DNA of 64,000 nt from an uncultured bacterium (GCA_963766885.1 CAVYBO010000001.1:196352-260351); one strand, 5' to 3'. Counted from the first letter of the stretch, positions 48,595 to 58,094 are shown. Numbers and translations are program-made. The notes: generated by a model not told the origin, from the letters alone.

Positions 48595-49491
48595 TTATTC
48601 TTCAAAAAAGTTGCCAGGAAATTTTTTTGACATAAATGCCGTGCGATCTTTGTAAACAATGGCATATTCAAAATCAAATTCCTTTAAAAGTTTTTCAGGT
48701 TCTGTAAAAAATAGTGCAGTAGAAAGTCCGTCAGAAACAGCTGTTGTATCAGCTACGACCCAAAGGGCAAGTATATGATCGGGAGACTGAAGGGTTTTTG
48801 GATCAATAATGTGATGATATTTTCCCCAAGCACGGCGGTTTATTGCTGATCCGCAAATGCTTTGATTTAAAATTTCTGCCACGCCTAACACTTTTTTGGA
48901 ATCGTCGGGATCTTCAAGTCCAACTTTTAGTTTTTGGCCAATTTCGTTTTTGTGGGCAATGTCTCCTCCGGCGTTGACTGTGAAATTTTGAATTCCACTT
49001 TCTTGAATTAAAGCTGCAAGAATGTCTACGAGGTATCCCTTTCCGACAGCGCCAAAATCCAAAATAATAGGTTTTTTAACTTTGAGTATTGGATGATTGT
49101 ACTCTAAAACATCTTCCCATTTTTTTGCAGGAGAGATGTTTTCTTTCGGCTTCAGGGAATATTTTGCATCATATCCGGCTTCAGAAAGCACGTCTCCAAT
49201 AAGGGGTGTGACTTTGCCTTCTGTAATTTCATATAATTTTTTATACAAATACATCATAAGTGATGCATCATCGGGTAGTTTATAAGCGCCCGAAACTTTT
49301 GAAATTTCTGTTACCAGAGAATCGTCTCTAAAACGCGAGTACGTCTTATCAAACTCTTCAATTCGTTTTTTTATCAGATCAGAAATTTTTTCAGAGGTTT
49401 CTTCTGTGGCATCCCAAAGATCAATTTTCCAAGAAGTTCCTATCCCAGGAAAATTAAGTGTGATTTTGTTATCACTAAGCTTTGGCTTCAC
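48595..49491 (-). CDS. apbE: FAD:protein FMN transferase ApbE
   Basis: DFGAVGKGYLVD, TVNAGGDIA and the C-terminal CGSAINRRAWGKYHHIIDPKT match ApbE-family conserved blocks. Confidence 0.85.
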   Translation of the reverse strand: MKPKLSDNKITLNFPGIGTSWKIDLWDATEETSEKISDLIKKRIEEFDKTYSRFRDDSLVTEISKVSGAYKLPDDASLMMYLYKKLYEITEGKVTPLIGDVLSEAGYDAKYSLKPKENISPAKKWEDVLEYNHPILKVKKPIILDFGAVGKGYLVDILAALIQESGIQNFTVNAGGDIAHKNEIGQKLKVGLEDPDDSKKVLGVAEILNQSICGSAINRRAWGKYHHIIDPKTLQSPDHILALWVVADTTAVSDGLSTALFFTEPEKLLKEFDFEYAIVYKDRTAFMSKKFPGNFFEE

Positions 49492-49963
49492 TTTTTATTT
49501 GGGCAACGGCGTTGTCAAATCCCATTGGAGTCAATGATGATCCTGAAATATCCCCAGAAAGTTCAACGTCGTCGATATTTTTGCCAATGACAAGCGATTT
49601 ATATCCGCCTACAAATTGATTTTGATGTTTTTGAGATATCGGATCGGTCGCTTCTGGAGTAACCGTAGCATCTGTGATTATGTCCTCTTTTAAGGTTATC
49701 GAAACTTCAATGTTTTCTTTGCCGGCAGGAGAATTGTAAGTGCCAGTTGCAGAGTAAGTACCGTCTTTGTATGTAGCAACTGTCGGGACGTTTGGTGTTG
49801 AACTTGAAACTGTTTCTGTTTGAGGGGGGGTGTAAGAATTTGTGTTTTCGGTATTGTTTGCAATCTGAGGGCTTCCTTTGCGGCCAAGCATAGCAATCAA
49901 AATAGCTCCTATGACTACGACTGCGATTACAATAATACTAACGATAAGTCTGTTTTTTTTCAT
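49475..49963 (-). CDS. membrane-anchored FMN-binding-domain protein (probable ApbE flavinylation substrate)
   Basis: N-terminal TM anchor. C-terminal FMN_bind-like segment with the S/T-rich flavinylation-type motif VELSGDISGSSLTPMGFDNAV. Confidence 0.6.
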   Translation of the reverse strand: MKKNRLIVSIIVIAVVVIGAILIAMLGRKGSPQIANNTENTNSYTPPQTETVSSSTPNVPTVATYKDGTYSATGTYNSPAGKENIEVSITLKEDIITDATVTPEATDPISQKHQNQFVGGYKSLVIGKNIDDVELSGDISGSSLTPMGFDNAVAQIKSEAKA

Positions 49964-49973
49964 TTATTTTAAT

Positions 49974-50546
49974 TTACTTGATTAATAGATACGAAAGCAG
50001 ATGGGTATTGGTGCTAAAAAATAAAACCAACGCGGCGATTATTATAACAACTTCTATCCAGAATGTAATCATTTTTGGATAGGTTTTAGTTGCAAAATAA
50101 AAGTGAGCCTTAAAAAATTTAGCTTTTGTGTCGTGGTAATTTATAATTTCCTTTTTAAAAGCAATTCTTTCAAGGTAAAAAGGCCAGAGCCAAGGCACGC
50201 CGTATTCAATCGAATCCAAAGCAAAATGACTCCATGTTCCCAAAAATAGAGAAGCGGCAAGCATCCTGCCGAAGTTAGTTGTGGCTAGAGCGTAAAAAAA
50301 GGCGCTTAAAAGAAGCCAGAGAATAGGAGCGTGGGTGATGTACAATCGGTGGTTTTCGTTTGGGTTTAGCTTGCCTATTTTTCCTCTGAAAAAATAATAA
50401 GCCAAATCAATATCGGGCAATGCTCCTGAAATTGTGCCGCAGAAGAGTACAATACTGTTTTGATCTGCTGTTAGATGAGCATTTACTATTTCAAGAAGAG
50501 CTGTGGTTACCAAATATCCTGCTGCAAGGTGTCCAGATGGAAGCAT
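49974..50546 (-). CDS. membrane-bound metal-dependent hydrolase (YdjM/DUF457-like)
   Basis: N-terminus MLPSGHLAAGYL plus a polytopic His-rich membrane protein. Confidence 0.45.
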   Translation of the reverse strand: MLPSGHLAAGYLVTTALLEIVNAHLTADQNSIVLFCGTISGALPDIDLAYYFFRGKIGKLNPNENHRLYITHAPILWLLLSAFFYALATTNFGRMLAASLFLGTWSHFALDSIEYGVPWLWPFYLERIAFKKEIINYHDTKAKFFKAHFYFATKTYPKMITFWIEVVIIIAALVLFFSTNTHLLSYLLIK

Positions 50547-50551
50547 GTGCT

Positions 50552-52252
50552 TTATTTAAGTTTGTAAATCTTAAGTGTAATATTTCCATGAGGATCTTTT
50601 ATGTTTTGGACTGGCGCTTTTTGGATATCAAAACCTTGCGCTATGGAATTTATTGCATTGTTCAAGTTTTGATTTTTGCTTAAAACAGAATCCAGCGGGC
50701 CATTTGGAGTGATGTATACAAAGTATATGTCACCAGGGAAATTCTTTTCCAAACTTTCTAAGTATTGTCCTGGATTTTTTTGGTCCAATAAATATGTTAG
50801 TGGAAGCAGAGGCACTTTGTAATAAAACTGATATTTTGCAAAGTACCACATGTATCTAAACCAATCTATTCTGTCGTCATAAAACACTATGCTCTGCCCA
50901 GAAATATTGCCACCGATTTCTTGAAGATTTGCTGGACGCTTTATAGCTGGTAGGGGAGAAAAGGTCGTTTGGAGAAAATCTTCAACTTGGTCCATGCCTG
51001 TATCATAAAAGCGAACAGGAGAATAAAAATAAAAACTCTCTCCAAAAGGAACTTCTAGCAGGTTGGTATTTATTGAATAAAACATTTCTCCAGCAATGAA
51101 AATACAAACCAAAATAATCCAGGCTGTTGGTAGCGTCCCTTTCTTCTTCAAAAGTTCATATATTTCAACTGCAAATATTGCCACAGCTATTGCAACAAAC
51201 GGTGAAATGATAACTAAATATCTTTCAGCTCCTCCGGAAAAACAGAACATCAAGATCATAAAAAAGATATTTGTAAAAACGATCAATTCCAAATCACTCG
51301 ATTTTTTCTTAATCATTTTGTAAATAATGTAAACAAACGATGCTAAGAAAAGTAATATAAGAAATATCGAATTTGTATTCATCAAACTACTCCAAACAGA
51401 AGTTATGTTGTCAAAAAAGTGCGAAGATGAAAGATTTGAGGATCTGCTGGCAATCAACTCAAAATCTTTCGGATGCATTCCAACCATTGAAGAAAGCGCG
51501 GCATCAAAATGTCCGCGTGTTCTAAACACCTCCGTGTTGTAAATGATTACAGGCAAAAGAACAATTAAAACAATCCCGATAGAAACAAGAAAACTTTTCC
51601 ACTGTTTTGAAAATATACCCTTATTTCTTATGAAAATTGCCGCAAGTGCGGCTGGAATCAGAAAAATAGCAGTGTATTTTGAAAGTAAAGATAAGCCAAG
51701 AAAAAGTGAAAAAAGATAAAGCCATTTTGATTTAAAATTCTCAAGATATTGACTAAGGGTGTAAACGGAGGCCACAATAAAAACCATTTCAACGCTTTCA
51801 ATATATTCTCCAAGCGCTACCCACACTGCAGCAGAAGAGATGGCAAAAATAAAAGCCGCGATTAAAGCGGTGTTTTCATCTTTTCTTTTTTTGACTAAAT
51901 AGTAAATTATCCAGGTGATTAATATTCCAGATAAAAGTCCGGGAAGTCTCAGTACAGCTGTGCTGCTTCCAAAAAAAGTGAAAAATATTTTCTGAATTAA
52001 AAAAAACAGCGGGGGAGCATCGTGAAAAGATAAATTAGCCCACCAAGGAATATTGCCAAACCACTGAATTGGCGTGGTTTGAGTGGAACTGCCCAGATAA
52101 TCAAACCACCCTAGTGCTCGAAATCCGTAATGCGCTCCGTCTGTTGTCATGTCAAAAGCGCCGATGTTAATTACCCGAATTAAAAATGCGATAAGTAATA
52201 CTGCCCAGATTAAATATTTTTTAGATTTTTCTGGTATTTGTGATTTGTTCAT
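50552..52252 (-). CDS. GT-C family glycosyltransferase (GT39 PMT_2 / ArnT-like)
   Basis: 566 aa with about 11 TMS and an N-terminal loop with a DG/DxD-like motif (FDMTTDGAHYGF), typical of ArnT-like dolichyl-/undecaprenyl-phosphate sugar transferases. Confidence 0.7.
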   Translation of the reverse strand: MNKSQIPEKSKKYLIWAVLLIAFLIRVINIGAFDMTTDGAHYGFRALGWFDYLGSSTQTTPIQWFGNIPWWANLSFHDAPPLFFLIQKIFFTFFGSSTAVLRLPGLLSGILITWIIYYLVKKRKDENTALIAAFIFAISSAAVWVALGEYIESVEMVFIVASVYTLSQYLENFKSKWLYLFSLFLGLSLLSKYTAIFLIPAALAAIFIRNKGIFSKQWKSFLVSIGIVLIVLLPVIIYNTEVFRTRGHFDAALSSMVGMHPKDFELIASRSSNLSSSHFFDNITSVWSSLMNTNSIFLILLFLASFVYIIYKMIKKKSSDLELIVFTNIFFMILMFCFSGGAERYLVIISPFVAIAVAIFAVEIYELLKKKGTLPTAWIILVCIFIAGEMFYSINTNLLEVPFGESFYFYSPVRFYDTGMDQVEDFLQTTFSPLPAIKRPANLQEIGGNISGQSIVFYDDRIDWFRYMWYFAKYQFYYKVPLLPLTYLLDQKNPGQYLESLEKNFPGDIYFVYITPNGPLDSVLSKNQNLNNAINSIAQGFDIQKAPVQNIKDPHGNITLKIYKLK

Positions 52253-52289
52253 AAAAATTAAATTTCATTAAGTAATTGTATCAAATATT

Positions 52290-53330
52290 TTAATAATATT
52301 GCTTGAGAAGCTTTAAATGTTCTGCATAGGTGGCGCTGCAGTGCATATTGCCTGATCTATCATTGAAATAATATAAGCAGTCGGTTTTGATTGGATTAAG
52401 CGCAGCTAATATGGCGTCAACTGAGGGGCTGGCGATTGGGGCTGGAGGAAGACCCGAGTTTAAGTAAGTGTTGTAGACAGACTTTATGTATTTGTCTCTG
52501 GGTGTTACATCAGGCCACCAGCTAGAAGTGTCTTGGCTATCAGCAGCTGCATATTGGAGAGTAGAATCAACTTGGAGCTTCATTCCGTCAAAAAGCCTAT
52601 TCCATAAAATACCAGAAACCAAACGCATATCGTCTGTGCCGATTGTTTCGCGCTGGATAAGAGATGCCATAGTCAAGGCTTCGTTAAGAGGCACAATTTT
52701 AGATGTTGAAGCTCCGTAATGAGAAAGAACTTGATTGGAAAATTGTTGGTTGAACAAAGCCTGGACCTGTTCTGGCGTAGTGCTGTCGTCCACTACATAA
52801 AGTCCTGGGAAAAATGACCCTTCTGTCAGAGGAAGATTTGAGCCTGCAATAGGGGTTAGAAATTCCTGTTTTTGCTTATTATTCCATCCAAGTTCTTTTG
52901 CAAATAATTCTGCTACCTGCTCTTTACGGAGTCCGGGGTTAATAAAAATAAAATGATTGCTATTCACAGCCGCGATATTTTGATACAAGGACATATTTGA
53001 TATTGCAATTGCAATATCTTCAAATATTTTCCAAAATATACCTCCAGTATTTTCTGCTGCTGCTTGAAGCTGAAAGGTGCTGTTATCAAGATAATTGTCT
53101 ACGGCAGGATTTTCAGCTATAGTTTTGTCTTCTGGATCAACGGTGACTGGAAAGAGTATCGGCGATGGAGGCTTTTGTTCTGCTGTTTTTACCGTAAAAG
53201 CAAGTATTAGTGGAAATGAGAACATAGCACTTCCTAAAATCGAAAGCGATAAAGCAATAAAGAAGACATTCAAAACTCCGCGTAGCAGCGTTTTTTTCTT
53301 AGAATTATTTTTGTAGGAATTTGCTGGCAT
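52290..53330 (-). CDS. mltG: endolytic murein transglycosylase MltG (YceG-like)
   Basis: LTMASLIQRETIGTDDMRLVSGILWNRL ... LQVDSTLQYA ... YNTYLNSGLPPAPIASPS are YceG signatures. Confidence 0.85.
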   Translation of the reverse strand: MPANSYKNNSKKKTLLRGVLNVFFIALSLSILGSAMFSFPLILAFTVKTAEQKPPSPILFPVTVDPEDKTIAENPAVDNYLDNSTFQLQAAAENTGGIFWKIFEDIAIAISNMSLYQNIAAVNSNHFIFINPGLRKEQVAELFAKELGWNNKQKQEFLTPIAGSNLPLTEGSFFPGLYVVDDSTTPEQVQALFNQQFSNQVLSHYGASTSKIVPLNEALTMASLIQRETIGTDDMRLVSGILWNRLFDGMKLQVDSTLQYAAADSQDTSSWWPDVTPRDKYIKSVYNTYLNSGLPPAPIASPSVDAILAALNPIKTDCLYYFNDRSGNMHCSATYAEHLKLLKQYY

Positions 53331-53588
53331 TTGATTGCTTATATATAGAACAATTCTATCAAAAAAATCCGAATAGAGTATGTTTCATTACTGCTTACTG
53401 TTTTATCGTGACGACGCGAGGGTGTTTTTTATAATTTGCTTATTTATGTGGGTTTGTAATGAAACCCTTGCTAAATCGACCTATAATTTGATAGAGTCAA
53501 TTGTTGTTCTTTCCAAAACCGCTTTACTCGAGTGAGTATCTGTGGCATATAAAGACAGGGCAACAACCAAAAAACAGAAAGACAGAAA

Positions 53589-54605
53589 ATGAAAAGAATA
53601 TTCCTCGCGGCCCTTTTGGGGCTGCTTTCGATTGCAGTAACGTCGGCGCAGACTGAGACGATGATTACCATCAAACCGTATTCGCTCAGCCCCAGGCAGT
53701 TTATTCCGGATCAGGCCACCCCGGTTTTGGGCCTCTGGATGTATCCCAACACCACGTCGCCGTGGATTGACGAAGTGGACGTGCCCATCTGGGCGGGTGC
53801 TGTCCGCACTGTTGCCGTGGTGGAGGGCGACAATCTCCGGATTCTCGGACAGCAAAAGGGGTACAACGCCGTCAATGGCGTTGTGAATGGCCGTAGTGTG
53901 CCCGTAGTTCAGATCAAGACTCAATGGGCGTTTCTGCCTCGAGCGAAGTGGACACCTGTTTTCATAGTCGCATCGACGGACTATCTGTCGAATTACAGCA
54001 AAATCGCGTCCGTCAAGCTGATATTACAGGACGTCTATACGACAGGAAACACATATCTCAACGGCTTGATGCCGACGATGCAACCTCTCCCGGTTGCAGT
54101 AAACAGCAATGTCGGGACGATGTACGTCACCCAGTCAGCGGCGCTGAAAAATACACCGTACAATAGCTGCGACATAACATCCTGCAACAGAATTAAGCTC
54201 GGAGGCTGGACAGTCTCCGTATTAAATGAGCCGATCAAGATAGCGGTTCCGCTATTTCAAATCCAGGCTCATGGTGGCAAGGTCGGCGAGATCGTCGGTC
54301 TTAGACTTGAGGATAAATTGGGCAATGTCCTAGCGGACAATGCCCAATTAACGAGCATCGGCTCGCTGATCTTCGGCGATACCAACAAGTTGACATTCCA
54401 AGTTGGGAAAACGGATGTGTTTCTTACCGGTATATTGGGCTCTACCTTTGCCCAGGGCGGGGATGAGACATGTGCTATGAACGTCGCTGGCTGGAACCTA
54501 GGCCAAGGAACCTGCACTGGTGGCTTGGTTCTGCCAGAAGGAGACTGGAACCTCGTATCCAGTGTCACGAAGTCAATCTGGGGATCTGCGTTCCAGGCCC
54601 CGTAA
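53589..54605 (+). CDS. secreted hypothetical protein (338 aa, signal peptide, beta-rich, GC-rich)
   Basis: MKRIFLAALLGLLSIAVTSAQ signal peptide. Codon usage is distinct from the backbone. Followed by a hairpin plus T8 terminator (about 54622-54670). Confidence 0.55.
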   Translation: MKRIFLAALLGLLSIAVTSAQTETMITIKPYSLSPRQFIPDQATPVLGLWMYPNTTSPWIDEVDVPIWAGAVRTVAVVEGDNLRILGQQKGYNAVNGVVNGRSVPVVQIKTQWAFLPRAKWTPVFIVASTDYLSNYSKIASVKLILQDVYTTGNTYLNGLMPTMQPLPVAVNSNVGTMYVTQSAALKNTPYNSCDITSCNRIKLGGWTVSVLNEPIKIAVPLFQIQAHGGKVGEIVGLRLEDKLGNVLADNAQLTSIGSLIFGDTNKLTFQVGKTDVFLTGILGSTFAQGGDETCAMNVAGWNLGQGTCTGGLVLPEGDWNLVSSVTKSIWGSAFQAP

Positions 54606-54689
54606 CGTCCTTTATTTATACATACGCCGAGCTGCTTCTGTAAAATGAATGCAGCCGGCGTAATTTTTTTTGTAAAAAATTCCAAATCT

Positions 54690-54848
54690 GTAAACGTAAA
54701 AGCACTTCATGAGGATGAAGTGCTTGCGAGAGAAAGAGAGGAGAAAGAAGGAAAGTTGGTTGAGTTGGTGGGGTTTGGGGTGAAAAAGGGATTGGTTGAT
54801 GGTTGTGGTGAGTGGATTTTGGAGATTGCAAATCTCCCAACTTTTTTG
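54690..54848 (+). ncRNA. candidate small RNA: 10-bp hairpin, purine-rich tract, intrinsic terminator
   Basis: Perfect hairpin AGCACTTCAT-gagg-ATGAAGTGCT at 54701-54724. A G/A-rich tract follows at 54725-54820. It ends with GGAGATT-gca-AATCTCC plus CAACTTTTTT at 54822-54848. No convincing ORF. Confidence 0.3.
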
Positions 54849-54931
54849 CTTGCGCAAGTTTTCTTTCCTCGAATGAAAAGACTAAGACTTGTATTTTTCT
54901 ATGACATCATCCATCCTGTTATAATTCAACT

Positions 54932-55567
54932 ATGTGTTTTTCAGCACCAGCCAGTTTTATTGCCAGTGGGGGACTTGCCGCACTCGGCGGAGTTTCTTTG
55001 GTTACAGCTAGGAAGGAAGATAAAATTCTTGCCGCTATTCCACTTATGTTCAGTGTTCAGCAAGCTAGCGAGGGTGTCCAATGGTTATATTTAAATTCAG
55101 GTTCAGTGTCATTTGTTGCTGGTTACTATTTTTTATTTTTTGCGTTTATTTTGTGGCCAATATATGTACCAACAACAGTTTTTATTTTAGACAAAAAAGA
55201 GCGAAAAATATTACTAGGATTTATCTTTTTAGGGATTGTAATATCTTTATATTTTATTGTAGTACTACTAACACAGTCTTTGTTTATAAGTAAACTCAAT
55301 GCGTGCGTAAGTTATGCTTTTAATTTTCCATTTAAAGATTTAGTCATCTTGCTGTATTTACTAGCTATTGTGGGCCCTTTATTTATTTCTAGTATTAAGA
55401 TTTTTAGATGGTTCGGATTGACAATATCGGTTTTAGGAATTATTGCGTGGCTTTTCTTTGCTGTTACTTTTACCTCGGTATGGTGTTTTTTTGCCGCCAT
55501 TGTCAGTTCAATGTTTTTCTTGTACATAAAATACAAAAATAAATTTATTAATTCTCTACCTATTTGA
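54932..55567 (+). CDS. hypothetical polytopic membrane protein
   Basis: 211-aa hydrophobic ORF with about 6 TMS. No recognised family. AT-rich, unlike neighbours. Confidence 0.4.
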   Translation: MCFSAPASFIASGGLAALGGVSLVTARKEDKILAAIPLMFSVQQASEGVQWLYLNSGSVSFVAGYYFLFFAFILWPIYVPTTVFILDKKERKILLGFIFLGIVISLYFIVVLLTQSLFISKLNACVSYAFNFPFKDLVILLYLLAIVGPLFISSIKIFRWFGLTISVLGIIAWLFFAVTFTSVWCFFAAIVSSMFFLYIKYKNKFINSLPI

Positions 55568-55851
55568 GAATATCAGAACTTTCTTAGTATAAAAAAGTTC
55601 TGATATAGGGTCTAATTATTTATTTTGGTGGCGAATTATTTGAATGCGAAAGACATTAACACGATAGTCAAAGCGTTAAGAATCACCAATGCTAATACTT
55701 CTTGCAATTTTGTAGGAAGGGGATTCCATACAATATAGATCGTGTATATTATTGCAACAATCGCTGCGCCAATGAAATTTCCTTTTATCATATTTATATT
55801 TTATTTGAGTTATTAATACAAAAATTGTATCACGAGTCCTGACCCATTAGT

Positions 55852-56175
55852 TCATTTTGTCGTCTTATTTTTTGTTCGCTTACTGAGGACAAACTTTTGT
55901 GATGGGCTCAGAGGCTTGTCTTTTCGGTGAATGCAGCCTATCCAACAACAAGGACGGCGTATACCTTCTTTAAGTTCTGTAGATGTCCTCTTGATGTGTT
56001 CCTTTCTTTTCTCTGGCGTCTTCACTGATTCAATCCAACAAATCCACTCATTGCGCGCAAGTGGAGTAATATCCTCCCATTTTGCTAATGCTATTTTGTC
56101 GGCAATAAGAACCTTCTTTAAATCAGCCGGTATTTTATGTACTACGCCACCCGAAATTTCTTTCTTATTCATCAT
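55852..56175 (-). CDS. YdeI/OmpD-associated (OmdA-like) family protein
   Basis: IPADLKKVLIADKIALAKWEDITPLARNEWICWIESVKTPEKRKEHIKRTSTELKEGIRRP fits the P-x-DL...L...W..L.P..R.E...WI...K.PE.R...I pattern of that family. Confidence 0.45.
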   Translation of the reverse strand: MMNKKEISGGVVHKIPADLKKVLIADKIALAKWEDITPLARNEWICWIESVKTPEKRKEHIKRTSTELKEGIRRPCCWIGCIHRKDKPLSPSQKFVLSKRTKNKTTK

Positions 56176-56288
56176 ATCGTTAATTATATCAAAAGTTCTA
56201 ACAACCTACATTTAACTCCCCACACAGGTTGAGCGAACTTAGAACTTGTTTTTAGTATAAAAAAATTGGCCCGAAGGTATTTGCGCCA

Positions 56289-56609
56289 GTGCGTAAATCA
56301 TCGAAAGATGCAAGTGACGAGGAGGTCAAGATTGGTTGCACCATTAAAGGTCCTGGAAAGGTTACCTTCCACGATCTGACTGATGGCAAGTCGATTGAAG
56401 TGGTTCTGCCAATTGAAGGTTCTCTCGTCATGAAGCCTGTTGGATCTGATCTGGTGGTCATCTTGGATCTCAAAGGTTTCAAGGGAAGAAAGCTGGTGTG
56501 TCTATCGTTGAATGGCAACATCTCAAGTACACCCAAGGAAACGGTATTGAGATCAAGACCCAAGTCATTGATTGAATGCGTGCTTACGAGCGCGCAATTT
56601 TTTATATAA
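56289..56609 (+). CDS. hypothetical protein (106 aa, GTG start)
   Basis: ORF convergent with the 56636-56893 gene. A conserved box and TATAAA lie upstream at 56229-56262. Confidence 0.35.
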   Translation: MRKSSKDASDEEVKIGCTIKGPGKVTFHDLTDGKSIEVVLPIEGSLVMKPVGSDLVVILDLKGFKGRKLVCLSLNGNISSTPKETVLRSRPKSLIECVLTSAQFFI

Positions 56610-56613
56610 AAAA

Positions 56614-56643
56614 TTCGCTGCGAGCCACAGGGCTATCAGCGAT
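56614..56643 (-). terminator. hairpin terminator, copy 1 of conserved-loop family (contains stop codon of 56636-56893 gene)
   Basis: TCGCTG-cgAGCCacagGGCTat-CAGCGA with a T6 run on the minus strand (plus-strand AAAAAA at 56608-56613). Confidence 0.55.
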
Positions 56644-56893
56644 ATGAACTAGTCTTTTTTGCACCAAGTTTTTTACTTTTTCTTTTCGGTTCTTTTTCCC
56701 AATGTATGAAGGTGGGGTAGTGCAACTCGCCACCGTCTTCAACCACATATCGAGGATCAATGATGACTACTGCTGTGATAAAAGGGTAGATTCGGAGAAA
56801 AGTTTTGCAGACATTTCCACGAAATTCATAACCTCTATCTATCAGCATCTGGTGCAGATCGCTCTTAGGGTTAGCACTTCGTTTGATTCTCAC
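56636..56893 (-). CDS. hypothetical protein (85 aa)
   Basis: GTG start preceded by AAAGGAGG 7 nt upstream. The stop codon lies inside the terminator hairpin. Confidence 0.5.
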   Translation of the reverse strand: MRIKRSANPKSDLHQMLIDRGYEFRGNVCKTFLRIYPFITAVVIIDPRYVVEDGGELHYPTFIHWEKEPKRKSKKLGAKKTSSYR

Positions 56894-57063
56894 AATTTTT
56901 CCTCCTTTCTAAAGCACACACTACATCAAAATAATAAATTGTAAATAACTTTGATCGAGAAACTTTTTTGTACAAAATTATTCAGAAAATAATATAAAAA
57001 ATTCCACCCAACTCGAAAGTTGAATGGTTTGTGTGAATCAGACTGTTGACAAGTCTTTGTGGC

Positions 57064-57615
57064 CTACTGGAACAAGTCACCCAAGTCACCGAACTCGCCG
57101 CCGAGTCCGCCGAGCAAACTTGCCATCGCCATGACCCTCCTGCGTCCCGGGCTAAACATACCGAGGATGTCATCGAGGTCGTGCTCGCCGGCTTTCTTCG
57201 GAATGGTAACGACTTGGCCGCCCTCGCGGATGCCGATGTCGCTGACGAGATGCAAGTCGAACTCGACGCGCACCATTTTCCAGAAGATGTCGCGGAGCGC
57301 CTCGAGTTCCTTGGTCATGCTGTTGTGTCGATTTGCAGTCTCGATAAGGATGCGCCGCTTCTCGGAGCAGACCGTCTCGTCGTGGGCCGCGGCATCCAGA
57401 TGGTAGTTGTTGAAATCGGCGTTTAAACGCTCGTACTCAAGACGGATCTTTCCCTGTTCCGTTTTCACCTGGGCGGCGGTTTGGAGCATGAGGCCGAAGA
57501 AACGTTTGAGGTAGTCGGGCAGGGTGCCGACGACGGTCTCACCTTCGCCGACCTTTTCGGGGAACTTCACGTTCTTGAGCTTGATTTTGGCCAATTGGCC
57601 GAGGATATCTTTCAT
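57064..57615 (-). CDS. hypothetical protein (183 aa, GC about 60%), C-terminal Gly-rich tail GGLGGEFGDLGDLFQ
   Basis: Clean ORF with a strong sigma-70-like promoter upstream (TTGACA-17-TATAAA on the minus strand at 57705-57733). Confidence 0.55.
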   Translation of the reverse strand: MKDILGQLAKIKLKNVKFPEKVGEGETVVGTLPDYLKRFFGLMLQTAAQVKTEQGKIRLEYERLNADFNNYHLDAAAHDETVCSEKRRILIETANRHNSMTKELEALRDIFWKMVRVEFDLHLVSDIGIREGGQVVTIPKKAGEHDLDDILGMFSPGRRRVMAMASLLGGLGGEFGDLGDLFQ

Positions 57616-57704
57616 GGATTAGCTGTATGGATTGTTGATGGTTCTGTCTTTTCAGGAAACCTCGGCTCAAGAGAGCTTAGTCTGATACTGTAAAGAACGA
57701 GGAT

Positions 57705-57733
57705 TTTATAACATTTCAATAGTTATGTGTCAA
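57705..57733 (-). promoter_or_regulatory. sigma-70-like promoter for 57064-57615 gene
   Basis: Minus strand TTGACA, then cataactattgaaatgt (17 nt), then TATAAA. The conserved upstream box lies 15 nt further upstream. Confidence 0.5.
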
Positions 57734-57748
57734 TTTTACTCCGCGTAG

Positions 57749-57764
57749 TTGAGGATGTTAGAAT
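57749..57764 (+). repeat. conserved 16-nt box TTGAGGATGTTAGAAT (copy A)
   Basis: Identical 16-mer recurs at 58095-58110. A related copy TTGAGCGAACTTAGAAC is at 56229-56245. All three lie 14-15 nt upstream of the -35 of a minus-strand promoter. Confidence 0.5.
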
Positions 57765-57782
57765 ATTTTTGGTACAAAAAAT

Positions 57783-57811
57783 ATCGCTCTGAGCCACAGG
57801 GCTTGAGCGAT
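57783..57811 (-). terminator. hairpin terminator, copy 2 of conserved-loop family (abuts stop of 57811-58029 gene)
   Basis: ATCGCTC-tgAGCCacagGGCTt-GAGCGAT with a minus-strand T6 run (plus AAAAAA at 57775-57780). The loop is identical to copy 1 and the stem has a compensatory G:C to C:G swap. Confidence 0.55.
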
Positions 57812-58029
57812 TATTGTTTCCTAAGAGTGACGTACGTCCAGCCATTTCTCCCCGGCTGCGCTTTGACCAGGTCTGCAAATCCATCGTACTGGGCACATTC
57901 CCATTCTACGAAGTCTTCTTTTTTGAACTCCCATTCCCCCTCGACATGCAGGGATATTTCTTCACCACAGTCAAATTCCTGGAACTTGGTAGCCGGGATT
58001 TGGATTACTCCGATTTCTTTTTTTAGCAT
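57811..58029 (-). CDS. hypothetical protein (72 aa, acidic)
   Basis: ORF bounded by the conserved upstream box and promoter on one side and terminator copy 2 on the other. Confidence 0.4.
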   Translation of the reverse strand: MLKKEIGVIQIPATKFQEFDCGEEISLHVEGEWEFKKEDFVEWECAQYDGFADLVKAQPGRNGWTYVTLRKQ

Positions 58030-58094
58030 ATTTAGATGTATCCGAACTAACCTTAACGAAACTAGGTATATTTGTAAAGTTAAACTCTGTTTGG

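Noticed and set aside
57064-57615. Encapsulin cargo-loading peptide interpretation of the C-terminal GGLGGEFGDLGDLFQ tail
   Set aside because: It does not match the family-1 targeting consensus (S-x-G-S-L-x-I-G-S-L-K). No encapsulin shell gene is in the window.
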